From assembly GCA_003345595.1 (NCBI GenBank), contig PRDI01000072.1:1-29411 (forward strand): a stretch of DNA of 29,411 nucleotides, written 5' to 3'. The stretch comes from Candidatus Thorarchaeota archaeon (GTDB taxonomy: Archaea; Asgardarchaeota; Thorarchaeia; Thorarchaeales; Thorarchaeaceae). Every line of letters begins with the position of its first letter. Positions within the stretch are counted from its first letter, which is position 1. The notes under the pieces were generated by a model, which saw only the letters and a list, made by a program, of their open reading frames with translations, was not told where the DNA came from and did no database searches. Below, one piece after another: positions 8,601 to 20,300 of this stretch. The position numbers were made by a program, and so were the translations under genes.

Positions 8601-11600
8601 AGCGTCAACATACAGTGGTCGAAGCAATACTACGACTCGATTGCGAGAACATTCAGCATCAATGTAATCTATACAACAGAACTCCTTTCCGCGGATGCTC
8701 CCGGAGTTGACGTTCCTCGCGGCTATGATGCTCAGCTGCACCTGAACTACAGAAACGAAGTCGGTGGTGGCATCCAGAGTGCAGTCATTATCTGCAATTG
8801 GACTATGGACAGCTATAGCGTCACCCCTGAGGTAGGGAGTCCAGGCAATTACATTCTAAGCCTCCAGACTGATGCAGTTTCACTGGCAAGCTACCGAGTG
8901 ATGATTACTGCGAAGAAGGATTTCTTCGAAACGAGGTCTATCATACTTTCAGTACAGGTGAGGGAGCTTCACACATCTGCGATACCATCCGCGAGTCTTC
9001 TCTCACTACCTGTCGGGTACACGACTTCTCTCACCATAACTTACACAGACACTGACCATGGAACTCCGATCACAGGCGCAGCAGGAGCAATCCGATGCAA
9101 CTGGTCAGAGAAACACACTACTGGTGATCAGAACTACACGGTGACCGAAACAGCAACACCGGGAGTCTATCAGGTCACATTGATATCAAAGGATCTCGAT
9201 GTCCTGCGGACCTACTCTGTTGTCTTCAATGTCCAGGCATATGGTTCCCAAAACCACACGTTCACAGTCACCGTTGTCCTCAGAACACATCTCACTTCGT
9301 TCTATTTCGTAAACCCAATCAGCCCGACTCCCTACACCGGTCACATTCAGATCTATGTGTCATACTTCGATTTCGACACCGGCACAGGCATCGAGAATGG
9401 CTCCTATGTGGGATACAACGTCAGAATGAGAGCAACCACGGCGGGACTGCCAGGGCTCATGTTCACTGTCACGAATGGGACCGTTCCCGGTGAGTACATC
9501 ATCTCCATCTCCGCTGACCAGTGGGGTTCTGTGGGGACCAAGTATCTGACATTCTATGCGAACTGGACTGGTCCGACTGTGAAGTACTTCAATCGGACAC
9601 TCTACACAGACACAGGTGTCATCATAACCGCATCACCGACTGACATATTCATTGGCCAGAGCCCTGTCATCACTCCATATGGCGAGAACATCAGCTTCTC
9701 AGTAGTATACTATGACACTGCCGAACCGATTGGAATCGTCAACGGAACCGGACCTTTCGCCGGCAACGTCAGAATCTTTGTTGCCGTAGTGACATCTGGC
9801 CAGACTCTCAATCAGAACCTAATGGAGATCAGTGAGATTGACTTCTTGACACGGCCGGGTGAATACAGGATTGAGTTTAGCAGTCAGTACCTCACTGGTA
9901 TCATCGGCTGTGAGCTTAGGATATGGCTGAACTGGACTGCGGGAGAGCTTCCGTACTATGGTAACCAATCGCTATTCGTGACAGTCTATACAACATATCG
10001 TCTTACAACGGTAGATTGGACCCCACTGCCAATTACGGCATTTGATGAACTGGTGGATCTCACATTTGTCTACAGAGATGTCATCACAGGAGATCCAATC
10101 CTGAACTCCAGCAAGCTCACGGTTAGCGTCCAAGAGAGCATCTCCTATGACGTGTTCTATGACGGTGACCTGACCGGCATGTTCAGAGTCCGAGTCAACA
10201 CTGCCTCTTGGACTCCTGGCTCACGAACGTTCCACCTCAACGTCGTGTGGTCAGGAAGTCCGTTCTATCAGAATCGAACATTGATCTCCATTCCAGTAAC
10301 GGTTAGATACAGGTACACAGACCTTACTCATGGAGCCTACGCACCCGTCCAGTATGGCAACAACCTAACTATCGTCTTCAGCTATCGTGACCTCGATGAT
10401 ATCGTTACTACTGGCATAGACGGTGCTACGCTCAGGCTCGACTCATGGCTTGCAGGCTATTACAATGTGTTCGACAACCATGATGGCACCTACACACTGG
10501 TCTTGATCACTTCATCATTTCCATCGCCTGGATTATTCGTTGTCAATGCATCAATCACGTATAATGGACTCAGATACTGTGACAATGCGTCAGACTTCTT
10601 CTACTTGACACTCACTCAGAGGAATACCCAGCTCACGAGCGAACTGCCAGAACTCGCACCATATCTGACTCAAGCGAACATCACGGTAAGATACATTGAT
10701 GACAGTACAGGAGTTGGTATCGTTAGCGCCGACGTGTTTGCAGGCTGCTCAACATCTTCAGAACAACTTCAGAAAGGTGTGAACTACTGGGTCGATGATT
10801 TGACAAATGGATACTACCGGGTTAGAGTTTCGACGATCGCGCTTGGCGGCTTTGGGCTGTACTCGGTAGCAGTCACAGCAAATTGGACTGGGGCTCCGTT
10901 CTACTTTGAGCGCGTCAGAAGCGTGAACATCGAGGTGTCAAGAAGACCTGCCGGCTTGACCGTGTCAAGGTCTCCTCTTAACACGCCGTTCCTAGAGAAC
11001 ATTGTGTTTGAGGTGTCTGTTACGGACACATTGGATGGATCGCCGATTGTACTCACGAAGGCAGTCCTTATTCTGACTCATGGATCCGGCACGCTGATCA
11101 GCCCATCGGAGTACGTGCTTTCTGGCTCTGCCGGGTTATACACTATTTCCTTCAACTCGACCCTCATAACATCAGTGCTGGTCAACGAACACCCAATCAG
11201 CATCAAGCTATTCTGGGGCGACACAACGCCGTACTACTCGAATGCCACGGCCGTCACCGAAGCCAGTGTCACCGCACGATCTACTCAGGCAAGTGTGATA
11301 TCTACACCTCCGGCTTACTACTACTTCAACATTAGCGCCATTGTCAAGTACAGCGACTATCTCACGAGTGCGCCTATCTCGGGTGCCACGCTGACGTTCA
11401 GATGCCTCAATGCTTCAGTACAGCATAGCTGGTGGTTTGACAGGGGAGACGGCACCTACCAAATCCTCGTCAACAGCACGGACCTCCCATCCCTCGGAAA
11501 GTACTTCTTCACCGCCAACTTCACATGGACCGGCCAACCATTCTTCAACAATATTAGTGGTATTGTCTTCAGTGTCGTTGTGAATCCCGTTTCGACCGTG

Positions 11601-14333
11601 TTGACCTTTGAGATGCCCATTGGTGTAACGCATTACATGGGCGAAACCATTGTTGCGAATGTGACATTCCGCGATATCGCAACAGGCAGCGGGGTGTCTG
11701 GCGCAAATGTTCAAACCAACTGGAAGACACTGTTCGGCACGGACTATACTCTGGTAGAGATAGGCAAAGGCCTCTGGAATCTCACGATTCAAACCAGCGG
11801 ACTCAATGCAGGTATATACTCATTCAGCATAAACGCTTCTAAGTATCTGCACCAAAACAGGACTGTCACTGCTGACCTTGTGCTTGCGTCTATGCCTGTG
11901 GACATAGCCCTGATTGCTACACCGACTTCGCCCAGTTGGGGAGATACTGTGCAGATTAGGGTAAATGTCACCGCTTCTAGGACTGGTGACCCCATCACTG
12001 GCGCATCTGTCAACCTCACAATCTCGCCTGACCTATACCTCATGACAGACTTGGGGAATGGAACGTACCGATGTACTGTTCCCACAGTGCTCTATAGTGC
12101 CGGCGAGTATACGATGAGCGTGACATTTGCTCTCGTGAACTACGAAACCCGTGAGCAGGGCTTCCAAATCAGGGTGAGCAAAGTACCTGCAACTCTCGCA
12201 GGTGTCATTGACCTGATTACTCCAGTCAATGGTCAACTGGTGACTGTCGAAGCCCAATACCGGATCGAATCCAATAGCACGTCTATAACCACGGGCCATG
12301 TCACGTACAGCTGGACAGGTGGTTCTGGCCTGTTGGTCTGGCAGCCTGCCCAATCGCGATATGTGACTCAGTTCATAGTGACTGATGTGCTCGTAGGGAG
12401 CTACCAGCTCTTAGTACTGGCGTCTTCAGATAACTACAGAACTGTCAGCGTCCAACTCACACTTACCGTGCTTGAGGTAAGGACAGAACTCCTGGCCTAC
12501 GAAGGTCAGACTGTCCTCTCTGCTATTTCAGGCAACTCCTTCAACATCACTGTCTATCTCAATAACACAGATCTGTCTCTGCCGGTGTCTGGCGCATTGC
12601 TGACCTACGGGTTTGGAGAAGGGATTGGCAACCTGACAGACAATGGCGGTGGGTACTATACGGCACTTGTGTCAACTGGGACTTTGGAGATACGTGACTG
12701 GGTACTGACAGTCTCCAGCTCCAAGGCCGGATTCTCGCCCTCCTCAGTTCAGTTCAGGATAGCAATCCTCAAGATACCGACCAGGGTGATTGTAGGGACA
12801 AGTGCTGCCCAAGAGGGCTTCTACGGGAGAAATGTGACATATCTGTTCACGTTTTGGGACTCACACAACAACGTTTCTATACCTAACGCGACTGCCACAT
12901 TTGCCTTGGAGTCAGTCGGAGGTCAGCTTGTTGACCTTCGGAACGGAAGCTACTCTCTTGAGATAGACACGACCTGGGTGAGCGCAGGCGCAGCAAGTCG
13001 AGACATCTCTGTCTTCTTCTCCCGGTCCCGATATGACTATGCATATGCTGCTGTCAAGCTAGTCGTAAGGCCAATCCCCACTGAAGTCTTGGGCTTTGCA
13101 GAAGTATCAGTGCCCGTTGGCGACGACTACAGTCATCTCTTCATCTTCAATGACACTCTGAACAATGCACTCATCGCGGGTGCCACGGCCTCGGCAGTCA
13201 GCCCCGACTTCGGCCTAAAGACTATGACGGATCTGGGTAACGGGTCATATAGACTCGGTCCTGCTGAAACAGGCATTTCACGCCTTGAAGTGAGAACCGA
13301 GCCCTACACAATCCGAATCCAGCTGTCAAAGGGCAATTTCAGCCTCGGGGAGATAGTGTTCCATCTCACAATAAGGAGAATTGCCACAGAGATCAGAGCT
13401 GTGGCTCCGCCTAACACCGTGTACACAAGACAAGTGTTCACTGTGTTGTTCACCTTCTGGGACACAGACCATAACGTCTTGATACCAGGTGCTCTCAATA
13501 CCACCCCCGGTAGCACAGTGGTAGTTGTCAGCAGTGAGAACATCAACTTCGGAGATGGCAGGTATCAACTGGGTTTCATGGCTCCACAAGTCGGGGTCTT
13601 CTATCTGATAATACACCTTGACAAGACTGACTATGAAACAGGTGTGTACAGCGCAGTTGTCTATGCCTTGATGTCGGAAGAGCAACAGGCCCTAGTCAAC
13701 GCTTTCACATATGGGGCGCTCGCTCTGATTCTTGCCGCTGTCTTCGGAGCATTCTACGTGAGAGTCCTCTCCGTACCGAAGATGCTGAGATGGATCAGAT
13801 CTATGATATCTAAGCTCAGCAAGGGAAGAATTCCCAAGCCTGCTCCAGTCAAGAACAGGAGACAGATGTTGCTGGATTTGGTCAACACTGAGTTGGCCCC
13901 GGTTCATATCATAAAGACAGTTGACGATATCTCAATCTCAACTGTGGACGTTGCGGCGCTAGATGTCGAGAAGCTCCTCACAGAACTGGCTACAGTCGTA
14001 GGACTCACAGAGAAGGACATCGACACGCTTCGGCAAGACCTTGAAAAGATGAGACCCAGTGAGAGGGCCGGCTTCATCGGCGAGGTTCTGAAGCAGGAGA
14101 GAGCAAGAAGAGCCCGTGAACTCGTTGAAGCAGAGAAAGCCGCAGAGCCGGGCAAGGCGGTAGAGCGTCTGGCAAGGAAGCTGACAGAGGAGGAACTGAC
14201 GGATTTGCGTGAGCGACTCATCAAGATGGGCATACAGGAGAGCGAAGCAGACCTGATGGTAGAGCAAGCTCGGAGCCTCACGAAGGCAGAGGTGGATGCT
14301 CTGCTCGATCAAATCGGAGGTGACAAGCCGTGA
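5667..14333 (+). CDS. Giant type-I membrane surface glycoprotein A: signal peptide, jelly-roll/CBM-like head with inserted 6-blade NHL propeller, MG-like domain, 17 Ig-like repeats, TM helix, 190-aa helical cytoplasmic tail
   Basis: 2888-aa open frame with signal peptide MRTKR + hydrophobic stretch. NHL repeats (GIAINxTGYVYxAD..NxRxQxF) and about 100-aa beta-rich repeats with D-x-G-x-G-x-Y motifs. TM helix AFTYGALALILAAVFGAFYV (13701-13760) is followed by basic residues. About 60 N-x-S/T sequons by manual count. Confidence 0.9.
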   Translation: MRTKRVAILLFLMMSLTFGGMFATPALPAEQQTQSDTQVVDLGDGTTVEVAPDEMLYEYVISAAPSEKSGTGTALTVSEYGIRTDTFSDRTMTYASATQTTTTANLSVPLGDQWQGYKVFGNVTDITENRTWVLNSGFGTAANWTYRTSQVEGSFSGNDRVQVFSSAGSYQRKWGSRGTGNGLLIDPWGIAINSTGYVYIADTYNNRIQIFTRTGSYVAQWGSYGTGPGQFDRPMGIAINTTGYVYVADFGNDRVQVFNSRGFYQRSWGSTGDTPTNGVFHGPVGVAILDSNGRVYVVDSGNSRVQYFGSTGTYVGQWAVSGLPRGISIYQASSWVYVSETSNNRVRRFDANGLNPLTFPTILSPDGIAVSSTGYVYVNNAGSSPGTHRVTRYNTGGGAAFNWGSDGTADGQFRINTGIAVNATGYVYTTESGGEGRLASKWLSTGHGTGNGAPSFLIDGYWHDAGSGLYGYWYNPGDKAFIRQDLAIPRGQVTWLGISLDYYADCRGWANYMTGFFELFVSAGDPDSGGRFLWNRQFDKIADDNIWYSTGIIPISPSLLTLPNVALMAGLRVTQSEWYRTNDIMPEGRLDNIILYVKAKATPTNINLRMDGVVVSNLMNGSNPFFGLGVATYSPSVPWTSGFAYGNFSWTPTPNPPDPDLNILVEIDVRVTVWARRYNVLTINDTERFTTGDNYAVQNATTVRWTTNHYVAVPGGYSTYYFYNLSTPINRDIDFVAEPYHRDVNLTYGWSYGRPGDGRVNVSVYSVTTVNQNGFWLLKGSSPNTIRNLEVWNAGASAWTSTKTFRANENTRFRANLSDTYAGDTVYFTVYDPAGNAWRSLQAIVDGSGMAVTGYVSFGAANSSVGAWEVQAFSVDSTSSGGSVRNVGYYRRAFAINHSTSALVKYPEGSEITWTYNATFGELVFLQLRVNDTDNGDLLPGGSMTYLWAAGTGQVNDMGTGEYSVSLDTGALSSNGQFSVNIQWSKQYYDSIARTFSINVIYTTELLSADAPGVDVPRGYDAQLHLNYRNEVGGGIQSAVIICNWTMDSYSVTPEVGSPGNYILSLQTDAVSLASYRVMITAKKDFFETRSIILSVQVRELHTSAIPSASLLSLPVGYTTSLTITYTDTDHGTPITGAAGAIRCNWSEKHTTGDQNYTVTETATPGVYQVTLISKDLDVLRTYSVVFNVQAYGSQNHTFTVTVVLRTHLTSFYFVNPISPTPYTGHIQIYVSYFDFDTGTGIENGSYVGYNVRMRATTAGLPGLMFTVTNGTVPGEYIISISADQWGSVGTKYLTFYANWTGPTVKYFNRTLYTDTGVIITASPTDIFIGQSPVITPYGENISFSVVYYDTAEPIGIVNGTGPFAGNVRIFVAVVTSGQTLNQNLMEISEIDFLTRPGEYRIEFSSQYLTGIIGCELRIWLNWTAGELPYYGNQSLFVTVYTTYRLTTVDWTPLPITAFDELVDLTFVYRDVITGDPILNSSKLTVSVQESISYDVFYDGDLTGMFRVRVNTASWTPGSRTFHLNVVWSGSPFYQNRTLISIPVTVRYRYTDLTHGAYAPVQYGNNLTIVFSYRDLDDIVTTGIDGATLRLDSWLAGYYNVFDNHDGTYTLVLITSSFPSPGLFVVNASITYNGLRYCDNASDFFYLTLTQRNTQLTSELPELAPYLTQANITVRYIDDSTGVGIVSADVFAGCSTSSEQLQKGVNYWVDDLTNGYYRVRVSTIALGGFGLYSVAVTANWTGAPFYFERVRSVNIEVSRRPAGLTVSRSPLNTPFLENIVFEVSVTDTLDGSPIVLTKAVLILTHGSGTLISPSEYVLSGSAGLYTISFNSTLITSVLVNEHPISIKLFWGDTTPYYSNATAVTEASVTARSTQASVISTPPAYYYFNISAIVKYSDYLTSAPISGATLTFRCLNASVQHSWWFDRGDGTYQILVNSTDLPSLGKYFFTANFTWTGQPFFNNISGIVFSVVVNPVSTVLTFEMPIGVTHYMGETIVANVTFRDIATGSGVSGANVQTNWKTLFGTDYTLVEIGKGLWNLTIQTSGLNAGIYSFSINASKYLHQNRTVTADLVLASMPVDIALIATPTSPSWGDTVQIRVNVTASRTGDPITGASVNLTISPDLYLMTDLGNGTYRCTVPTVLYSAGEYTMSVTFALVNYETREQGFQIRVSKVPATLAGVIDLITPVNGQLVTVEAQYRIESNSTSITTGHVTYSWTGGSGLLVWQPAQSRYVTQFIVTDVLVGSYQLLVLASSDNYRTVSVQLTLTVLEVRTELLAYEGQTVLSAISGNSFNITVYLNNTDLSLPVSGALLTYGFGEGIGNLTDNGGGYYTALVSTGTLEIRDWVLTVSSSKAGFSPSSVQFRIAILKIPTRVIVGTSAAQEGFYGRNVTYLFTFWDSHNNVSIPNATATFALESVGGQLVDLRNGSYSLEIDTTWVSAGAASRDISVFFSRSRYDYAYAAVKLVVRPIPTEVLGFAEVSVPVGDDYSHLFIFNDTLNNALIAGATASAVSPDFGLKTMTDLGNGSYRLGPAETGISRLEVRTEPYTIRIQLSKGNFSLGEIVFHLTIRRIATEIRAVAPPNTVYTRQVFTVLFTFWDTDHNVLIPGALNTTPGSTVVVVSSENINFGDGRYQLGFMAPQVGVFYLIIHLDKTDYETGVYSAVVYALMSEEQQALVNAFTYGALALILAAVFGAFYVRVLSVPKMLRWIRSMISKLSKGRIPKPAPVKNRRQMLLDLVNTELAPVHIIKTVDDISISTVDVAALDVEKLLTELATVVGLTEKDIDTLRQDLEKMRPSERAGFIGEVLKQERARRARELVEAEKAAEPGKAVERLARKLTEEELTDLRERLIKMGIQESEADLMVEQARSLTKAEVDALLDQIGGDKP
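6135..6974 (+). repeat. NHL-repeat beta-propeller (5 full blades plus 2 half blades) inside protein A
   Basis: Repeats of PxGIAxxxxGxVYVxDxxNxRVQxF...WGxxG. Nucleotide similarity between blades is still visible (6135-6158 vs 6417-6440, 21/24 identical). Confidence 0.9.
8358..13676 (+). repeat. 17 tandem Ig-like beta-sandwich repeats (protein A stalk)
   Basis: Manually delineated about 95-125-aa units with consensus T-x-L...G-x-N-x-T...Y-x-D...I-x-GA...D-x-G-x-G-x-Y...G-x-Y...K/W-xx-Y. The Ig fold is inferred. Confidence 0.75.
14316..14333 (+). promoter_or_regulatory. Shine-Dalgarno and GTGA start/stop overlap coupling genes A and B
   Basis: GGAGGTGA at 14316-14323 lies 6 nt before GTG 14330. 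The TGA stop of A is at 14331-14333. Confidence 0.8.
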
Positions 14334-17300
14334 ATCATACCAGAAGAATAGTCCCGCTCATCTTCCTTGCTATCGTCCTCTTAGTCCCCGTCCTCTCACC
14401 TACCGTGCTTGGCAGCTACTCGTTAGCCCAGACCACCGGCAGCCCCCAGAACAACGACGGGTCACAGACTGTTGACCTAGGCAGCGGGAACACCGTTCGT
14501 CTGGACGAAGGAGAAGAGCTACACAGGTTTGTGTTAACAGATCAAGGATGGACTGAGTGGACTGGTGTGTCATCCCCCCTGACTGGTGGGGAATTCGGCA
14601 ACAGCTCCAATATCTTCGCTGGCCTCGCAATGAAGTACCTGACGACTAACGTCACAACAGGCACTACTGCGAGCATTCCCACTGGGACCGGATGGCAAGC
14701 GTACAGCACAAGTGCATCGGTTACCAGTCTGTCAGAGAACAGGACATGGACACAAAACCCCGACTTCAAGACGGCACCCAGTTCCTCTGATTGGACACTG
14801 GGTGTGACAAATGTGGCTGGCTCAAGCACTCCAACATCAGTATACAACGCAACAGGCCACGGTACAGGGAATGGTGCGATAGACCTTGAGGTCGACTCAA
14901 CATCGGGAAGTGCACCCTATTACTATGACGCAGGTGACCTGGCATGGGCAAGGCAGACCATGACAATCCCGAGAGGGACTGTCGTCTGGGCTGGATTGAC
15001 TCTGGACTACTGGGCGGACACAAGAGACGACACTCACTACGGCATGACAGGATCGTTCTCAATATATGTGATTGTGGAGGGCACGACTATCTGGGAAACC
15101 GTCTTCGACGAGATTGATGCCGAGGAGACTTGGTACAATAGCGGTATGAGCTTTGTTCCAACGTCAGTGTTCAATCTACCCACCGACCAAGCCGTCGCTA
15201 TAGAGGTTGGGCTCTGGAGCAAGCAGTCTGTGGGCTACACTCCCGATATCGGGCCGCGAGCCAAGCTTGACAACATTGAGCTCTACGTCAAGACCAGAGC
15301 TACTCCAACGAACGTCAACCTAAAGATGAATGGCGTCACAGTTGCAAGCGGCACAGGCTACGGCAGTGGCACTGTCATTCAGAATCCTGCTACACCATGG
15401 ACCAGTAATCCTGTGAAGCTAAACTTCACGTGGACACCGACACCAGTCAACCCTGTCCCGAACAGGACAATAGCTGTAGAGTTTGACGTCAACGTGAACA
15501 TGTTTGCTCGACGACTAAACACACTCACCGTCTATGACATCAATCCGCTGGCATATGGTGAGAGGTTCACTATACAGAATGGATCGAATGCGAACTATAT
15601 CACCTACTTCTATGCCGATATTCCTTCAGGCTACCCGAACAGATACTTCTTCAATGAGTCGTTACCACTGAACAGGGATGTCTATTTTGTTGGGAAGCCG
15701 CTGGCACCTTCAACCAACCTCACCACAGGTTGGACTGGAGGACAGGTGGGCAGCGGATATCTCAACGTGTCCACCTATCAGGTAGCGACAGAGGCCGGCA
15801 GGTACGGCTACTGGCGTATGCAAAGCAGCTCAACCAACATGATCACTGATCTCACGATGTACGACCCCGGCGACAGCAACTGGAAGAGAACTGTCAATCT
15901 TAGAGCTGGAGACAGCTCCAGGATCCGTGCTTTCGTTGGTGCATCATACACAGGATCCATTGCCAACATCACCGTGTTCAGTCCTGAAGGCGAGAAGTGG
16001 TACAGCGTCAACGCCACAGCCGATGGCTCGGGCTATGCCACAACGCCCTTCTTGACATTCGCTGGCTCCAACGCAAGCGCCGGGTCGTGGATGATCCAAG
16101 CAGCGACCAACAACGTGGGGACGAGCGGCAAATGGACCTCAACAGGTTTCTTCAGGAGAGCATTCACAATTACTCACTCTTCTGAGCTCTTGCTAGAGTA
16201 CCCAACAGACGCAGTCGGAACATGGACAACAAACGTAACTTACGGAAGCCTGTTGCTCATCATCATGAAGGCCAATGACACAGACAGTTCGGTGCTTGTT
16301 GCCGGCGGCGAACTAACACTCAACTGGGCTCCAGGCAGCGACACCTTCGACGACAGCGGCAACGGACAATACACAAAGGTCGTCGACACATCGTTGCTCA
16401 ACGGTGCTGGACGTTACGCCATGACGCTTCAGTGGACCGCATCCAGCTATGACAATGCAAATGCGGTCCTGTACATAAACGTGAATTACGCCGCCACTCT
16501 CGAATCTCCTCAATATCCAGGAGTATCTGGACCAGTTGGGAGCGTCGGTATCTTCACCGTCAACTTCAGGAACGTGAATGGCACTGGAATCACTAACGGC
16601 GTGATAGCCTGCAACTGGTCTTCATCCTATACAGTCACGAATCTTGGTCTTGGGTCCTACAGGATTACTGTCAACACAATCGGCATTGCGCTCGACGAGT
16701 ACCCTGTGAATGTCACTGCCTTGGCGCCGTTTGTCAACCCTCAGACCATGCTGATGTTCGTAGAGGTCAGAGAGGTCTACAATACTGTCGCCTACACTGC
16801 AAACCAGCTCTCGATACCTGTGGGAGAGTCTGCGTCTTTCAATGTGACATGGAGAGACACTGACAACAATGTGCCCGTAACCGGATGGAGCAGTGCAATC
16901 TCCTGCAACTGGACATCTCTACATAGCAGCGGCGAACAGAACTTCACAGTGACCGAGCCATCACCCGGTATCTACGAAGTTACTGTCTTCACGGAGTCAG
17001 ATGATCCACTGACAGTAGGCGGCAAGTTCTATAGAGTAGTCTTCAATGTGGCACGCTATCACTATCAGAACCACACTTTCACAATCGATGTGGAGATACG
17101 CAGCCATAACACACTCTTCATGCTGGACGAGCCAATTGAACAGACACCCTACAACTTCAATATCGTTGCCCTCGTGCTCTTTGAGGACACAGACCTTGCT
17201 GTAGGCATTGACAACACAAGCGGATACGTACATATCGCAGTGACCTCACCCGGTCTGAGTCAGCTGAAGTTCGCTATCACCGGCTCGACGTTCGGCACAG

Positions 17301-20300
17301 GTCACTACAACATCACGATTGCCAGCAATCAGTGGGGCTCGGCAGGCTGGAAGAACCTGACCATCAGTGTCAGCTGGACTGGCGGAGTTGCCAAGTACTT
17401 CGGCAAGACAATCAACACGTCTGTCAGAGTACTGGGGACGGACACCGACCTATACCTCGAGGTCGCTCCCACTGCAACCTACTACCTGAACAACCTTACC
17501 TTCACATTGGTCTATTGGGATGTTGTCAACTCAACCAGAATATCCAACTCCACGGGCAATGTGATCTTGGCGATAGTGCCGATTACTGGAGGACATCCGG
17601 TGACACAGAACCAGTTCAATGTGAAAGAGTCGATCTCGACTCCAGGGACGTATGGCTTCAAACTCAACAGCTCACTGTTCCAGAAGTGCGGCACCTTCTT
17701 CTTCAGACTAGACTTCATGTGGAAGAGTGGTGCCCCGCCGTTGTATGAGAACGGGACCATGGAGGTCACATTAATCGTCTTAGAACAGCCAACCTATGCT
17801 GACCTCAGTCCCGTGCAGAGCACTGCATTTGGCGAGATAGCAGTTCTGAACTTCACGTTCGTCGATTCCCTACGAACATCGAGAATCCAGAACAGCAGCC
17901 AGTTGACAGTCCGCCTTAATGAGGGAAGTGCCTCGTACACCAAGACTTATGACTCGCTTACTCGCACTTTCTCGATACTCATCAATACTACAAGCTTGGG
18001 CGGAGTTGGGTCCTTCACCCTCCATCTGAATCTTACCTGGACCGGACAGCCATTCTATGCGGCTGTCACCAGCAAGGATTTCACAGTGATAGTTATCCTC
18101 AGGAGCACTCAGCTGACCCACCTGTCATTCTTGCCGCCTCAGTATGGGAGCAGCGCAAGCATCGAGTTCATCTACACCGACCTAGTTGCAGGCTCCTCCG
18201 CAGGTATGACTGGAACCCTTGTTTTGAACGCAACTCTTGCCGGGCATTACAGCGTTACATCGCTTGGAAACGGCCACTATCGGGTCACACTTGACACCTC
18301 GGCATTCGCATCAGACGGCCGATTCACAATCAATGCCACGATTGTATACACTGGAAGTAGGTTCGCAAGCAATGCGGCCGAGTTCTTCAGCATGACCGTA
18401 CTGAGACGCCTCACTCAGCTGGGTTACCAGAGCCCGGACCCAACTGCTTACCTTGAGAACGTCAGCTTCACTGTGACATACTCTGACGACAGTACTGGAC
18501 TAGGTATTTCGGGCGCAACAGTTTCACTGAGCTGTTCAAACTCCTCTGAGAGCCTCTTACTCAACGTGAACTACTGGATAATCTACCTAGGCTCCGGGAA
18601 GTACCAGATACTTGTCAATGCTTCATCGCTCGGGGTACCAGCATCCTACGTTCTCAATGTGACTACATCCAGAACAGGGACACCGTTCTACATGCCAGCA
18701 AGCAGAAACGTGAACTCAATAGTTACGCAGCGAGCAACTCAGATACTCATCACTCAGACGCCAAGTGACACCCCATTCAGAGAGAATGTGACCTTCAGGT
18801 TCAGGTTCTTTGACTACATTTCTGGCTCTGCCATAGCTATCAACAAGAACCAGATCACGCTGATGCACGGAAGTTCCAGTGAGATTTATGCATCGAACTA
18901 CTCACTGACGAACTATGGCACCTACTACGAGATCAGCTTCAACTCAACGGTGTTGGACTCAGTGCAACTAGTCACCAGCCGCCAGATCACTCTGTCCATT
19001 GATGCGAGCGCGGGTGTGCCCTACTACGCATCAAGAACATCCACGACGTACGTCACCACCATACAGAGGCCAACCCAGATTCTCTTCCCTCTAGTTCAGG
19101 AAACGGCCTTTGCGGACAACATGACACTGCTCTTCGACTACATTGACTACATCTCAGGTGAGGGCATAGAGGGAGCGGATGTAGCTCTGGCAAGCACCAA
19201 CCTGACAACACCAGTGTTCTATATGGTAGAGCTGGGTGATGGCTCATATGAGGTTCTTGTCCCTAGCCAACAGTTTGGCTCACTCGGAACGGTCTACTTC
19301 ACACTCACAGTGAACAAGACAGGTATACCGCACCACTATGCAGATAGGACTGCGGCAAACGTGCCTGCCGCGATACGGGCAATCCTGACTACTCTTCAGG
19401 CGGACGTCCCCGCTGCTGGAACCCGTCCCATAGGAGACCCATTTGTCGTCAACGTGACTCTATCGGACTTCGACCACAGCATTCGAGTGAGTGGAGCAAC
19501 CATCACTTGTGACTGGACAGCGCGGTATGGCAAAACAGCAACGATACAAGAGATTGGCAGCGGCGTCTATAGGATAACGCTCAACACGACAGGCCTAGTC
19601 GCACAACCCTACCTGTTCACGGTCCAAGCTCAGAAGACCTTCTACCAGATATCCAACATCAGTGTTGTGGCACAGCCAGGGTCGTCGGCGGTGCAGATCT
19701 CGCTTGATAGCTCGACCTACTATGCTGACTGGGGAGAGGAGGTCACGATTAGGATGACTGTGAGAGAAACATACTACTTCTCTCTTGTTCCTGGAATGAA
19801 TGCGACCCTTTTGTGGAACGGCTCAGTCTATCAGTTCTCCGACCTAGGCAATGGCACTTACGTTCTCATGCTGGAAACAGGGAATGCTGACTATGGATAC
19901 CACGAACCCAAGGTTTCAGTTTCCAGGACGTACTACCAGACCCGTGAGCAAACCTTCGGTCTAGTCGTGTCGAGAGCCGCCGGTCAAATACTGGTCTCGA
20001 GAGCAGCGGGCGAAACATTGCCAGGCATGTCTGCCTATGATGTCGTGCTGGGCACCTCTGGCACATTCATCGTCTATCTCAATGACACGACAAATGGCCA
20101 ACCTGTCATAGCTGACAATGCCACGATTGACTGGAATAACCAAGTGTATTCTCTGGTATACAACGGGACTCCAGGTTTCTACTTGGCGAACGTGGATGTA
20201 ACCGGACTCGCTATAGGGCAGTACGAAGCTGTCATGCGCGCATTCGAAACGAACCACGTATTCCTTGACTATGTTCACTATATCAATGTGGTACCAGTGC

